Below are positions 38,796 through 50,400 of a stretch of DNA of 62,000 nt, piece by piece. The notes beneath the pieces are model-generated. The model saw only the letters and a list, made by a program, of their open reading frames with translations, searched no databases and was not told the origin of the DNA. Source of the DNA: Lama guanicoe. Lineage: Eukaryota. Where the stretch lies: the NCBI GenBank assembly GCA_013239625.1, contig MU054220.1, positions 2,975,374 through 3,037,373 of the forward strand. The letters are read 5' to 3'. Each line of letters opens with the position of its first letter. The stretch's first letter is position 1. The translations under genes were made by a program, and so were the position numbers.

Positions 38796-39599
38796 ATTCT
38801 TCCTCATTAAACAAATGAATCACAATCCTAATTAATTTGAGCAACAGAATTTATGTAACTACTCCCAGCAGGATGTCTGCTCTCAGTTGGTAGCGAGATT
38901 AATTCCTCTCTCTGGGAAATTCCAGGCGCGCTGGTCAATAAACCTTGATGATGACTGAAATCTCCCATCTGTCTCTGCTCAGGGCAGGTAACCCCTGCTA
39001 ACCAGACACCCCGTTGGCTTGATGCAGTACTCCAGATACGGAGAGGACAAGGACAAGAATCTCCCAGCCTACATGGGCCCTGAGCCGTGTAGAGCACGCA
39101 GTAGGTGTTCAGTTAAGGACAGGGACTACCCATCCTAGGGACATTCTGAATCACTTTAAGCCCACAGGAGATGTTCAGTTTCTCTTTACGGAATGAATAA
39201 AAGAGACTGTGCTGCTCAGATACTTACAAAACGGTCTCAAATTTCTGAGTTGCAAACAAGCCCCTCCGGCTCTTTCCGTCCTTTACTCCCAACACTTCCC
39301 ATGACCGTACCCAATTCAGTCTTTCTACTATTTTGAACTTTCTGGGCTCAGAGACTTGGCTCTTGATGTTCCCTGCCCTTGAACTGTCCCAGTCCTCTCG
39401 CTCCAAAACGCCCCACGTCGGCTGCTTGGGAGGGAAGGGTAGCGAAGTGGAAAGTATTCCGGAATTAGTTCTAATTCTGGCTCTGCCACTTACTCATTGT
39501 ACGTCACTTCTCTGTTCTTAACCTTTCTCTCATATGTAAACCACACGAGGTTCTTAGGAAGATTAAATAAGAAAATATGGTGAAAGTGTATCGCGTGAT

Positions 39600-39950
39600 G
39601 CTTGATTCATTCAATTAGTGACAGGCAGTGTTTTAGGCACTAGGGATACAGCAGTGCTCACATCAACAGGATTCCTGCTCTGCAAGAATTTAATTTCTAA
39701 GAAACAATAAGAAGTTAAGCAGAATAGAAGATAATTTTAGTTAGGAGTCAGTGCTCAGAGAAAAATAAAATAGGAAAAAAATGTTATGGAAAGTGTCTGG
39801 AGTAAGGAACTCTTGGAGGAGATGCTATTTGCTTTGAGACTCAAATTTAGTAAGGAACAAACCACATGAAGATCTGGGAGCACAGCATCCACGAGAGAGA
39901 AAAGCAAGTGCAAAGGCCCTGAGGTGCAAGTGAGCTTCACATGATTAACA
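39600..39950 (-). mobile_element. L2 3' end, with MIR fragments either side
   Basis: ttaggcactagggatacagcagtg...agcaagtgcaaaggccctgaggtg. Confidence 0.8.
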
Positions 39951-40029
39951 AGCTAATGTTCTGTAGGAATAATTTGCCCAGTTACCCACCTAGGAGGAGT
40001 TAGGGTCAGGATTTGAACCCAGGTCTTTT

Positions 40030-40749
40030 TTTTCTTCTTCAGGAAATAGAAGCACAACCTATTAGAAATGGAACAGATTTCCAAGAATCTGTTGGACTTC
40101 ATGCTAACTAGATAACAATGATGTAACCATTCTAATTCTATATGAGGAATGTACAGAAATTAAGAGATTGCAGGAGAGAATAAAACAGTACCATCTTTCA
40201 ATTCTTTTATTTCACCTTGTGAAAACCTGGATACTTTTATAGAAAATGAATTTCTAAAATACATTATTTAAATTCATGTAAAATAAAAAGTATTTGTCCA
40301 AAGTGGCACTACAGATATCAAAATTGTATCCTTTATGAATCACTCATGAAGTATAAAGATAACAGGAAAAATATAATACTAGCATAAAGGTTATTAGGTA
40401 TATTTAGTTTTTTTTTTCAATTGAAGTAAAGTATAGTTGGTTTTACAGTGTTATGTTAATTTCTGGTGTATAGCATAGTGACTCAGTTATACATATATTC
40501 CTTTTCATATTCTTTTTCATTAAATGCTGTTGTTACAAGATATTGAATATAGTTCCCTGTGCTATACAGTAGGACCATGTTATTTTATATATAGTAGTAT
40601 CTGCAAGTCCCAAACTCCCAATTTATTCCTCGACCCCTCCCTTTCCCCCTTGGTAACAAGTTTGTTTTCTATGTCTGTGAGTCTGTTTCTGTTTTGTAAA
40701 TAAGTTCGTTTGTGTCATTTTTTTTAAAGATCCACATATGATATCATAC
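40030..40749 (-). mobile_element. 5'-truncated L1 3' end (40408-40749) with ~370-bp 3' transduction (40030-40407)
   Basis: TSD tgaacccaggtctttt (40014-40029) / tgaaccgaggtctttt (40750-40765); two T-runs (~40026 and ~40408); L1 motif gatattgaatatagttccctgtgctatacagtagg. Confidence 0.85.
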
Positions 40750-41059
40750 TGAACCGAGGTCTTTTAACCCTTAAATATGGAGTGCTTGTCATTACAGCAC
40801 AGAGAAGGCATAAGGAGGAAAAGTGAGCAGAGATGAAGTGAGGTGGAATGTACCCTGCCTTGTCTTCCACCAGATCTCAACCTGCCTGTGCCTTCCTGAC
40901 AGTTCTCAGGACTGTGGGATCCTGGTTCCTGTTAGGCCTTCCAGCTCCACTGGCCCAGGTTGTCATGTCAGGGATCACCAGCTCTCACAGCTCCCTGAAT
41001 CTGTCAGTTCCAAGTCCTTCCTCGTTTATAACAGGGAAAAATCAACTACTTTTACAATT

Positions 41060-41390
41060 TAGAACTTTTTTTTTCTGATTATAATACATGTTCATTGTAG
41101 AAAATATAAAATATGTAACAAAATAAAAATCAGGCGTAATTCCAACCTCTTCTGGAATTTTTGCTGTTTATCTTTAGAAGATTCTGAACACACTGCACAT
41201 ACAGTTTTAGAATATGCTTTTTTTTCTGTCATAAGAAAAAAGTCTTCAAATGTATTTTTTAACAGCTATGTGATGGTTGACTAGATGCACCAAACCAAAT
41301 GTAACTATCTTAGGGCTTTTGTTATTATAAATAACACAAAGGTCCTTCTGACCTATAAATCTTTGTTACATAAAGTCCTAATAGAATAGG
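41060..41390 (-). mobile_element. L1ME-like 3' fragment
   Basis: tttctgattataatacatgttcattgtagaaaat; ttgttattataaataac. Confidence 0.55.
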
Positions 41391-43544
41391 GGAATTGCCT
41401 CCTCTCTTCACCTCCTTGAGTGCTGTGTCTAGCACTCAGGGAAACCATTTTCTTGGCTAGGGGGAGCGAGGTCACATGTGTTCTCAAACACCCTGCCTGT
41501 AAGTGTGTAGCAAGCTTCGTGGTTACTCTCTACTGAGAAAGAGACATTGTCACACTTTCTCCAACTTTCCCTTCATTCTCAGCCTATGCCTATTACTTTG
41601 GTCCCAGAAAGGATAAAATGGGAAAAAGGAGGAAAAAGAAGGGAAAATGTACGCCATTCAATGTTACATTTTGAAACAACAAATACTTAAACAATATTTT
41701 AGGCACATGAATATTATTTAACAATATTTTTATTAAATGCACAATTGGCAGGGAGTGAGGCCAACAGGATCAGGGCTTGGCCTCAGTATGCCAGAGTCTA
41801 AGGTGACTATGTTTTGCTCCTGTAGGGGCCTGCCATGGGGGTGGACACAGGAGGCAGGAGCCAGTGAGGCTAATCTCTGGGCTAGAGTCAGGGGCACCCA
41901 TCTGCAGTGGCCTGGAGAACAAACCTAGTACCAAGGGGGTGTCTGAGAGAGCATCTGAGGACCTGGGTGGGGGGCAACACCCTGGCTAAGGGAGGGTGGG
42001 CAGGTCTGCATCTTCAGGCAAATGCTCAGGCTGTCTCCTCCTTGGATTACCAACATCGCCACGTCATCTCCAGGTTCTGGTCTGGCCTCAAAACAAAAGG
42101 AAAAACAAATCAAAACAGAGAAAGACATAGGAAAAGAGACGGTAAGAAGAACAGAGTGAAAAGGGGAAAAATGAGAGGGCAGAAGGCAATGGTGGGGAGG
42201 TGGATGGTTTGAGAAGTAGCAATGTTTATGGTGGAATCTTAAGCAGCAAGACATAATTTGGGTCTGGACAAACTTATTACACCTCCTCAGCTGACAACCT
42301 TTAACTCACAAAGACCAACATCAGGTTCTCAGATAACCCACGAGTCAGAGAAATGGCTTTGCCAACTGTACTAACTACAGACCGGACCATTCCTCTAAAC
42401 TGATTTGGTGCCCTCTTGCTGAAGAGCAATTTCTCAAAGTTTCTGGAAGCTGATTACTTCTCAGTGGAGAAGACAATGGAGAAGTTGTGCCAGGCAAGAG
42501 CCCCTCCTGTGCATGCCTTTCGGCCCCCTCAATTTCTAGGGGAGGGAGTGAAAACTGGAGATTGATGTGGCCCCGTGGTTGGAATCAGCAGGTGGGAGGA
42601 GGGAAGGGCTGGGCAGAAGGATATGGGGAAGAGAAAGAGAGGAGGTCTGAGAAGAGGGGAAAGAGTTCCCCTTTCCTTACCCACACTCACCTCTTGCTGC
42701 CAATTATTCTGTCTTCCCTCCAGGTGGCAGGAAATGCTGTCACTATCCACTGGAAAAGCCCAAGGGTCATTGTCAGCTTCTGCAGGTGTAGTGGTTGAGA
42801 AAAGAGAAGACGGCAAATGAAGGGGGTTCACTTATACTGTGGGAACAGATCTTTGTTCGACTTGGGGAGAAGAGGCTGAACTCTTCAAAAGGACCTTTTC
42901 TAGGAAACTGCAGGAAAGAAATGAAATGACCCATAAACGGGGATAGAGGGCATTCTTTAATCTACATAATGCTCCCTTCCCTGTCTCCAACCCTGCCTGA
43001 GTAGACACTGGACCAAAATGCTGCTTCTATCTTTTAAGTCCACACTCAAGAGACCCTTTTGGCAAGCTAGACCCCTCCTCAAGTTCTCCCTGAGGCGAAA
43101 GGGCATCTCTCCTTCATTCCTTTTGAGCATCCTCTTGGCTCTGAATCCTAGAAGTGCTTCTCCATGTTCACAATGAACTGGTCTGTGGTTAAGCTGGCTT
43201 CTCCCTTCCTTGTGTTTTGAAACATCAAAAAATAAGAGGTGTGAGAGATCATGAGAAATGAATCCCCTCCTTATGTGAAAAAACAACTGAGGCCCAGGAG
43301 GAAGGAGAGACCAAATCAGGTTCACACAGCAAGGGAACTGGCAGGAGTCAGGCCTTCCCAATGCAACCTTCCCAATACTATTACTATTACTAAACCGCAA
43401 CATTTAGTTGACGCTGAACCCTTTTCCTTCCCCCTCCAAAGGCTCTAACCTACGTGTGGGTCTAGGCCGACTCAGCCATCCCCTCCCCATACCCACCTGC
43501 CCATGACATCAAGGCCCCAGTGGTGAGAGCAGCAGATGAAGGCA

Positions 43545-43760
43545 GCCAGGCGATCTCCCGGCTCCAACAGCCAGGGAACGGTTAGCCTGCCCTCCAACCT
43601 GCTTCTTGCGAGGCGATGCTCCTCATTGGCCCAGAATAAGTGATTGACAGGTCAGTAGCCCAATAAATGATGAGTCTTGGAAGTGCTGTGGCAGTTACCA
43701 GCCAGCTGTCTCATCGCGAGACCCTATGTAACGGTTTTGGCAATATCCGTTCAGTCTTTT
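43545..43760. promoter_or_regulatory. Promoter-like motif cluster (MYB x3, CCAAT x2, PBX-PKNOX, CGCG motif)
   Basis: CGGTTA 43579-43584, CAGTTA 43692-43697, TAACGG 43729-43734; ATTGG 43625 and CCAAT 43660; TGATTGACAG 43641-43650; ATCGCGAGA ~43713-43721; locally retained CpGs. Confidence 0.6.
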
Positions 43761-46700
43761 TTTCATACTCAAAATCCAGCGTTGTTTTAGTAGGGGGTGA
43801 AAGGCAATCTTCTCCCTCCAAGAAGACACACATTTGGGGGTCTAAGAGTACAAAACCAATCCTCTAAAAAATATGTGACACCATTGCTGAATGAGTCACT
43901 TAATAAATGGGGGCTTGATTTGTTAAGACGTTTGTGGGAAAGTGAGTGGGCTGGAGGGAGGAAAGGTAGCCGGGCATGGGGACAGAGGACTCGGGCAACC
44001 CTATGAAGGCCAGAGGGAGTTTAAGCTGTTTGTAGCTTAGAAGAAATGATGAGGATCTTCCTGGGGCGTGGATGGTTCTGGGACCTGAGTGAAATGATGC
44101 GGTCACTGCTTGGGACTTTAAAGGTCTAGGGGCTAGGAACCTGGCTGGCAGGCAGGTGGGGTGGTGCTTGTGGTGTTCTTGCCCATGGAAATGGTCTCTC
44201 AGCAAAAGCATCTAAGTAAGAGCTGGCTTGGATGACTAAAGGAGAAGCCTGGAGTCTTGAAATGCTTCCTTAGAGTATATAGGAATGGGGGTAGCACAGA
44301 GATGGAGTAGCCCATCTTGTTAGGGTACAGCCACAGAAGATGTGGCCGCTGGAAGAATGGCAATGGATCACCACATAACTTTTTGAGAAGAGGGGTCACA
44401 GATGAAGAGAGATGAGATGGAATTAAGGGATGGAAAGTATGACAAAAGAAAGAATACTGTAGGGACTTAGAGCAGGAGTCTGGGTAAAGCTGAGCCCCAA
44501 TACATGCCAGGCACAAAGCTGTCACTCAGTAAGTGCTAGCTATTATTATCGTGCCTCTGGGGGGTGAGGGAGGGGCCCCTCAAGTCCAGTAGTTAAAATG
44601 GAATAGGAACTGAGTGGAGAAGTAAAAGGGAGAACCAGTAACAGACCATTCCAGCTGCCCTCTCTGTCCCACTGTGATTATGAGAATTGCAGAAGCCACC
44701 CCATTGGGGGATGAGAAGGGAGGGTTGAACTAAAGAGTAAGGGTGTTGGATGTGCTGGAGCTGGGAGCCCCAGAGGATGGGAAGTAAGAGTGAGGTGAGA
44801 TTATTGTCCTTCCCAAATGTATCTTAAATGGGGCCTGTTAGATGTGGGGTGAGAGAGGGAGGTACATGTGAGAATGGGAAGGGGACGTGGTGTGGACAGG
44901 TGCTGGCTGAGCTGTGTCCTCTTATACGGAACAGTTGTCTTGGTTGCTGGGATGCGGTCCTGGGGAGCCACCAGTTTGTCTGTCTCTCCTGGGAAAAGGG
45001 AATCGGGGTGAGATTCAAGACTCCACTGGAAATTCCCATCAGTCATTGTCACAAGTGTCAACTCTCATAGGGACCACTGGTCTTTGAAGGCAGAGAGGGA
45101 AAGACTCCTCCAAGAGGCCCTGAGATGAGGAAAATCATTTTCTCTTTGACAAGGAGGGTGTATATCAATGGAGGCTCCTGAATACTCTGAGGAGTACATA
45201 GTGCAGCTCATGAAAGTTCTGAACAGAGAAAAAGAAGCTCCCCAAGTTGTGGTCCGTTTCCCTTGGCCTTTCCTATCCTCACTAGTTTCTGTGTTCCCCT
45301 TTACCTAGTCATCGAATCAGAGGTTCTAGCAGGGGGGCTTGGGCAGAGTGGGCGGTGCTGAGGAAGCTAAGAGAAAGTGATGTCGAAGGAAGAATGATAA
45401 TCCTTTTGAGTCCCCAAATGACCCTTAATATGGATCTGTTGCGAGATGAGGATCAACAGGCCCGCATTGGCACTGAAGTGCAAAGCCGCCTCGACTAGCC
45501 TCCCCAAGCTCAGGGGCTCTGGCTTATAGCGCTGGGGGGTGGGAGGGGGAAGAGGCTAGGAAGGAGCTAAAGTAGGCCAGAGAGGGACAAGAGGAGATAG
45601 AGAAGAAGACAAAGACAAAGATGAGAAGGACTGAGGCAGGATGGAAGCTGGAGAGGTGCGGAGGCCAGGTGGAGAGGCCTAAGAGAGACAGCCCTGAAAT
45701 GAGCTAGTTACCTTAGTTGTCAAGCCTTCAAAGTCTTTTCTACTTCTGTTTCCACTGAATATGGTTCTATTAATTTACAAAGAAAATCATTATAGAGTTA
45801 TCAGAGTCTTCCAAGATTCCAGAAAGCATTACATTTACTAACTTTGACCCATTTTTACATAAACCCTTCAGAATCTTCCCGAGGCTCACAGGCAGTTCCT
45901 GATGATCTTATCATGGGATTCAGATCCGGGTGGGACAAAGGAGATAGTCAGGGGGTACTTGTGAGAGCTAAGTCTAGGCAATCAGCTTCTGGAGGCTGCT
46001 CGGATTTTTCATGTCCATGGTTCAAGGGCGAAATAAGCAGTTGGCTAGCAGAGGAATGAGCTGCTTTGAAGCAGCCATGTTTGTCATGGGGTGTGGCAAG
46101 ACAGTGGCATCACAGTTGGGGCACTAAGGGAAGTAAGTGATAATGGCATCCTGGGAGGGGCTGTTGGCCCTGGAATGGAGAATGTGATGGAGCGCTGTGG
46201 TGATGAGGGAGCATTTGACTGGCTGTCAATGAAGGCTAGTTTCTGATGATCTTGGATGGTTTGCCCACAGTCAGTGACTAGAAATGCGTCTGATAAACTG
46301 AGCAGGACTCAGGCAAGAGGCCAGCAGGGAAGTGGGGCCTGGGCAAGAAGGGCACAGCTACTGAACAGGCAACTGTTGCTAATGTGGGAAGATGCTCACA
46401 CAGGCTGGAGAGGATCATGTCCGAGTCAGTGATGGAGAAGGGGAAATAAACAGAGGTGAGAGAGGCAAACACATGTGCTAGAGAATTCAGAGAGAGGTAG
46501 AGTCTCATTAAGCTGATTCTTCTTCAGGTCATCTAAGGAGGTCTCTCTCTGTTCCTCCTCCTGATATGGTCCAAATAAAACACCATGATGTTTAGAATAG
46601 GTCAAGGGTTTTCTGGGGATTCCGAAAATGGCTTTCACCTCAGCTAAATCCTCTCAACATTTGGGAAGCATATGTGTACAATGGAAATTCGATTTTCAGT

Positions 46701-47409
46701 CTGGGAAGCTGAATGCTTTTTGTGTGCAATGGCCTTATCTTGGGGACTCAGGGTGTGGGAAATGTCCAAGAGCAAGGGAGATGGTTGGCTGTCCAGGAGC
46801 TTATTACCCCCTGATCTCATGTATCTTCCCCCAGGTCTTCCCTCCCACCAGCAGGAGGTAGTGATGGGATCTGATGGTCAAGAAGGAGTTGAGGAGCTGA
46901 GTGGGGTAGGTCAGGTAGGCAGAGAGGCTTCTGAAGGGAGAAAGAGCTGATGGGAAGAGGGCAGGTGGGCACAGGAATGAATCACTGCTTCCCTCTGTCC
47001 CTTCTAGGCCGTGTCCTGCAGCTGGCCTCTCTGGGAGACTTGACTTCTCAGCCTCCTTGGCCTGTCATCTCTCATGTGTCTTACAGTAAACTGAGGAGCG
47101 GGAATGAGGGAGGCAAGCAGAGAACAGGAGAGACTGAGCCTGATGAGATCATTTGCAGGGATGGGAGGACAGGCACGCTGAAACTAACAGGCCCTCCACA
47201 TTGCTTCTGCTGCTCTTCCTAGTGATTGTGCTCATCCTCAAGGGATATCTGCCTCAAGAATTTAGAGCCCTCTGCTCCAACCATCAAACTTCCTGAGCTC
47301 AAGTTGCGCTGGGTGCTTCCACGCGCTAAATAATGGTTCCTCAGCTGCTGAAGAGTGGAAGAGATTCCGAGACAGTGGCTGGTTCTAGCTGCCAAACAAT
47401 ATAGAGCAT

Positions 47410-50400
47410 TTCTGAGAGACAAGCCATACCATTGCCCCACTTCCCTTCCACGTGGGCAAATACGGGAAAAGTCAGAATAGGGGTTGAAATGTGGGAGAGG
47501 AGGCAGGATGGAGTTATGAGTTCTTATTCCCCCAAGTCTGCTGAAAAAGACTGGATGGACAAGAAGAAGATGTGCGGAGAGAGGCGGATAAGCCTGGGTA
47601 GAAGATGTGATGAGACTCAAATGGGAATGCTGGGAGGGTGAGGTTGAAGGGATGCCGTGGGGTTACCCCCGGGGAGTTGTGTTTCAGCATCCTTAAGCCT
47701 ACCCTTTGGCCACAAGAAATAGGGATGGATCCCCCTGAATTCTTTCTTCTACTTGTGGCATAATTGGACCTTGATGCTTTTAAGATTCAGGAGTAATGTT
47801 TCGGGTGAATTGTTCTCCCTATTTGAGAATTGGGAGGATACCACCTAGCGTGGTGTAAAAGGCAAAAGAATAAAAACTCCTCATCCTTGGAAGGCATTTT
47901 CTTACTATTGTCTTTCTCTGGCCCCAGCTCTCCTTTCCTCCTCCAAAGCCCCTCTGCTGAGAAGCGTGCGACAGGCAGGAGAGAGGGTGCAGACCTCTAC
48001 TGCCAAGTTGGCTGCAGCGCTGCTGCCGCCCCAGGAGTGAGCAGAGCCCTTTTCACCATAGCAGCCTGTGATGCAGCTGGAAATTTTCAAAAGGAACTTT
48101 TTTGACAGGGAAATAAAAAGTTAAAAAACAAAACAAAACAAAACAAATAAGATGTGAAATAGGGGCCAAGAGATCTTTTGACTGGTTTATAACCTGCTGT
48201 GATCCTAAGCTTGGCTATTAGCTGTTTGGCTGTGTTGGATTCCAAACCTGTTCTCAGCTTGGTCTCGTGGAAAATGGATTCTTCCCAGACCCCAGGGTTG
48301 TCCTCCACTGCAGTGCCTCCTTTGCCCTTCTTGGATGGGCGGTCCTATCCCTGTCTGCTCGTAAAGCTCATCTTTGTAGGTTGCAGTTCCTGTCTCTTTC
48401 ATTTTCTGGATGGCCCCTCTGTCTTTCGGGGTCCTGCGATCCACCCTAGACTTCTCTTTGTTGAGTCTTTGGGGTGCAATTCCCTGTTATCCTCTAGTTC
48501 TAACCTGTGTAGGGGCTGTTTAGGGGGAGGGGAGTTAGGCTGTAACTGTGATAGTCAGAGCAGAGTTGTCAGGTCACTGGCAAGAGCAATAAAACGCTAT
48601 TTCTTCATCTTCTTGAAGACTCCTAGGAACTGCACCCTCCCCCCATTCCTATCCTCCCAATGGTTACAGAATCCAGTCTGAAGACTTACAAAATTGATAC
48701 AGAAAATACAAGTACTATCAAAGGAATTTTTCTCAAAAGGAAAGTCATTTGTTTACAGAGAAAACAAGTGTGGAGCCTAATTGTAGAAATGAAACCTCAG
48801 AGAAAATATGGGCATACTCAATATTTAATCTAAAAGTATACATTATTTGTTCATATTATATACAAGTAAAAGAATGAATGTGTACATCTGTTAAAATGTT
48901 GGGCAGTCAGGAAGAGAAGGGTGTGGGCAGGGTGGAGGCTGCCTTCAGCAAGCTCTGGAGTCTAGTGGTCTGTTCAGGAGTCTCCTTGGACATTGGCGGG
49001 CTTATGGGTGTGTGGCCAGGCCTCAGGGTGTCCTTCTGGGGCAATAGGTGATGGAGGTGGGTAGTAGAGCCTGAGTTCTGAGGGACTTCAGGGTAGCTAA
49101 GATACTCTGTGTCTGAGGTGACTGCTGAGTGACTGCTGACTGCCTGAGGGAGGTTCAGTGACAGGCTGAGGACTGGGTCTCAGTTGATATTAGCAAATGT
49201 GCTTCACAGGAAACTTCCTGGGCAGAGAGGGAAGAAAGCTGAATGATGGTCTACCTCTTGAAGAAGTCTGAGTGTGTCCTGGCTAGTGGCTGGAGTCCTG
49301 GGGGGAATCCTGGGCCCCTCAGGAAGGCCACTGGTCCCATTGTCACAGTACAGTCGAATAGAAACTTTGAGGCCAAGATAATTTCTTGTCAAGTCACTGA
49401 GTCTTGATGAAATGACAATCATGATGATGGTTTGGGCTAATTTGCTAAAGAAATAGATCATTTCTAGATACAAGTTACCTAAAATTTTAGGGAGTATGAA
49501 CAAGCAAGAGGCCTCACATCTCTGACTCTTCCCTTGGAGTGCTCGAGGAAGTGGACACTTTGCTTCTCATACTCTCATTTTCTCTAGTTCTCCAGAGTTT
49601 CCAATTCTCCCCTCTCATGCTCTGGTTCCTCCCCGTTTATTGAATGAGATGGGATTAAGCCGCCTGCGAGGAGAGATGGTGAAAAAAGAGACAGCTTCAT
49701 GGATGGACAGGAGAAGAAATCTTTGAATCCAGAATTGTAAATAGAGCCACTGAGAGTGTAGCAGGGTTGACAGACTAGAAAACATTTAACAACGGGATGG
49801 GGAAGGCAGGCAGGCAGGGTCATGGTGGCCCTCAGCAGGCTGGAGTCTAAGGTGCCTATGTTTGGCTGCTGTGATGGACCTGGCAGGCCTCCAGAGTTTG
49901 TTAGGAAACTGTTGGAAGGCCCTACCAGCGATGGCCTTCTGGTGGGGGGCTCTGAGTAATGTGACTGATCTTCCTGTGGCCAAGTAGGGGCGCATCCAGC
50001 TAGGCAGAGCAATGCAATGGTAGGAAGTACTAGGGATCATCTCTTCACTGCACCTCCTGTGGGGCTGTGGGTTGCATGGGCACTGGAGGCTAAGGGACTG
50101 GGAAAGCTATTCTGAATCCCCACCGCCATCTCCTAAGTCCCAACATTAGATGGGGTAGAGAGAGAGAGAGAGGTGGGGGCAGAAAACAGACGAGGAGAGA
50201 GACGGAGTCCTGGAAAGAAGCTGAAGTAGATACAGAGGGATAGACAGTCTAGGAAAAGGTACCAATCAAGCTCTTGTGTTCCATCAAAAATAGTTCCGCT
50301 AACTCACAGAGCAGAGTTACAGTGCTTTTAGAGTGCAGCAAGCCTTAAGTAAAACTGTTCATTTACACCGTGCACTTCAGATCGGTCCTGTCTGCTTGGC

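Larger units (their letters stand above)
38900..47000 (-). mobile_element. Fossil Sushi-type Ty3/Gypsy gag-pol, unit A (gag to chromodomain)
   Basis: Minus-strand remnants in order. gag: PTQLLNSFLT..HYL ~46850-46905, LAEVKAIFG 46621-46647, PTLAT...HFPAGL (ORF 46278-46508). CCHC-like: LCPT/GSESH..IIRNC 45889-45940. PR: VEAALHFSA 45460-45495. RT: PPCQRENDF ~45131-45157, VFP..D...L*E.......G....S...LF and PLPIL 44870-45110, YLD 44207-44218, QEHHKH..L.ARF...SFH...PMPG (ORF 43900-44211), FWANEE 43619-43636. INT: GRPNRNQDPTVLRTV 40898-40942, FKIVERLNWV (ORF 39224-39406). Chromo: LEYCIK..GY/PEQR/WE 38960-39035. Similarity judged by eye; some reads need frameshifts. Confidence 0.7.

Noticed and set aside
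47000..47400. 5' LTR matching 38300-38800
   Set aside because: No visible sequence similarity, CCAAT repeats or PBS.
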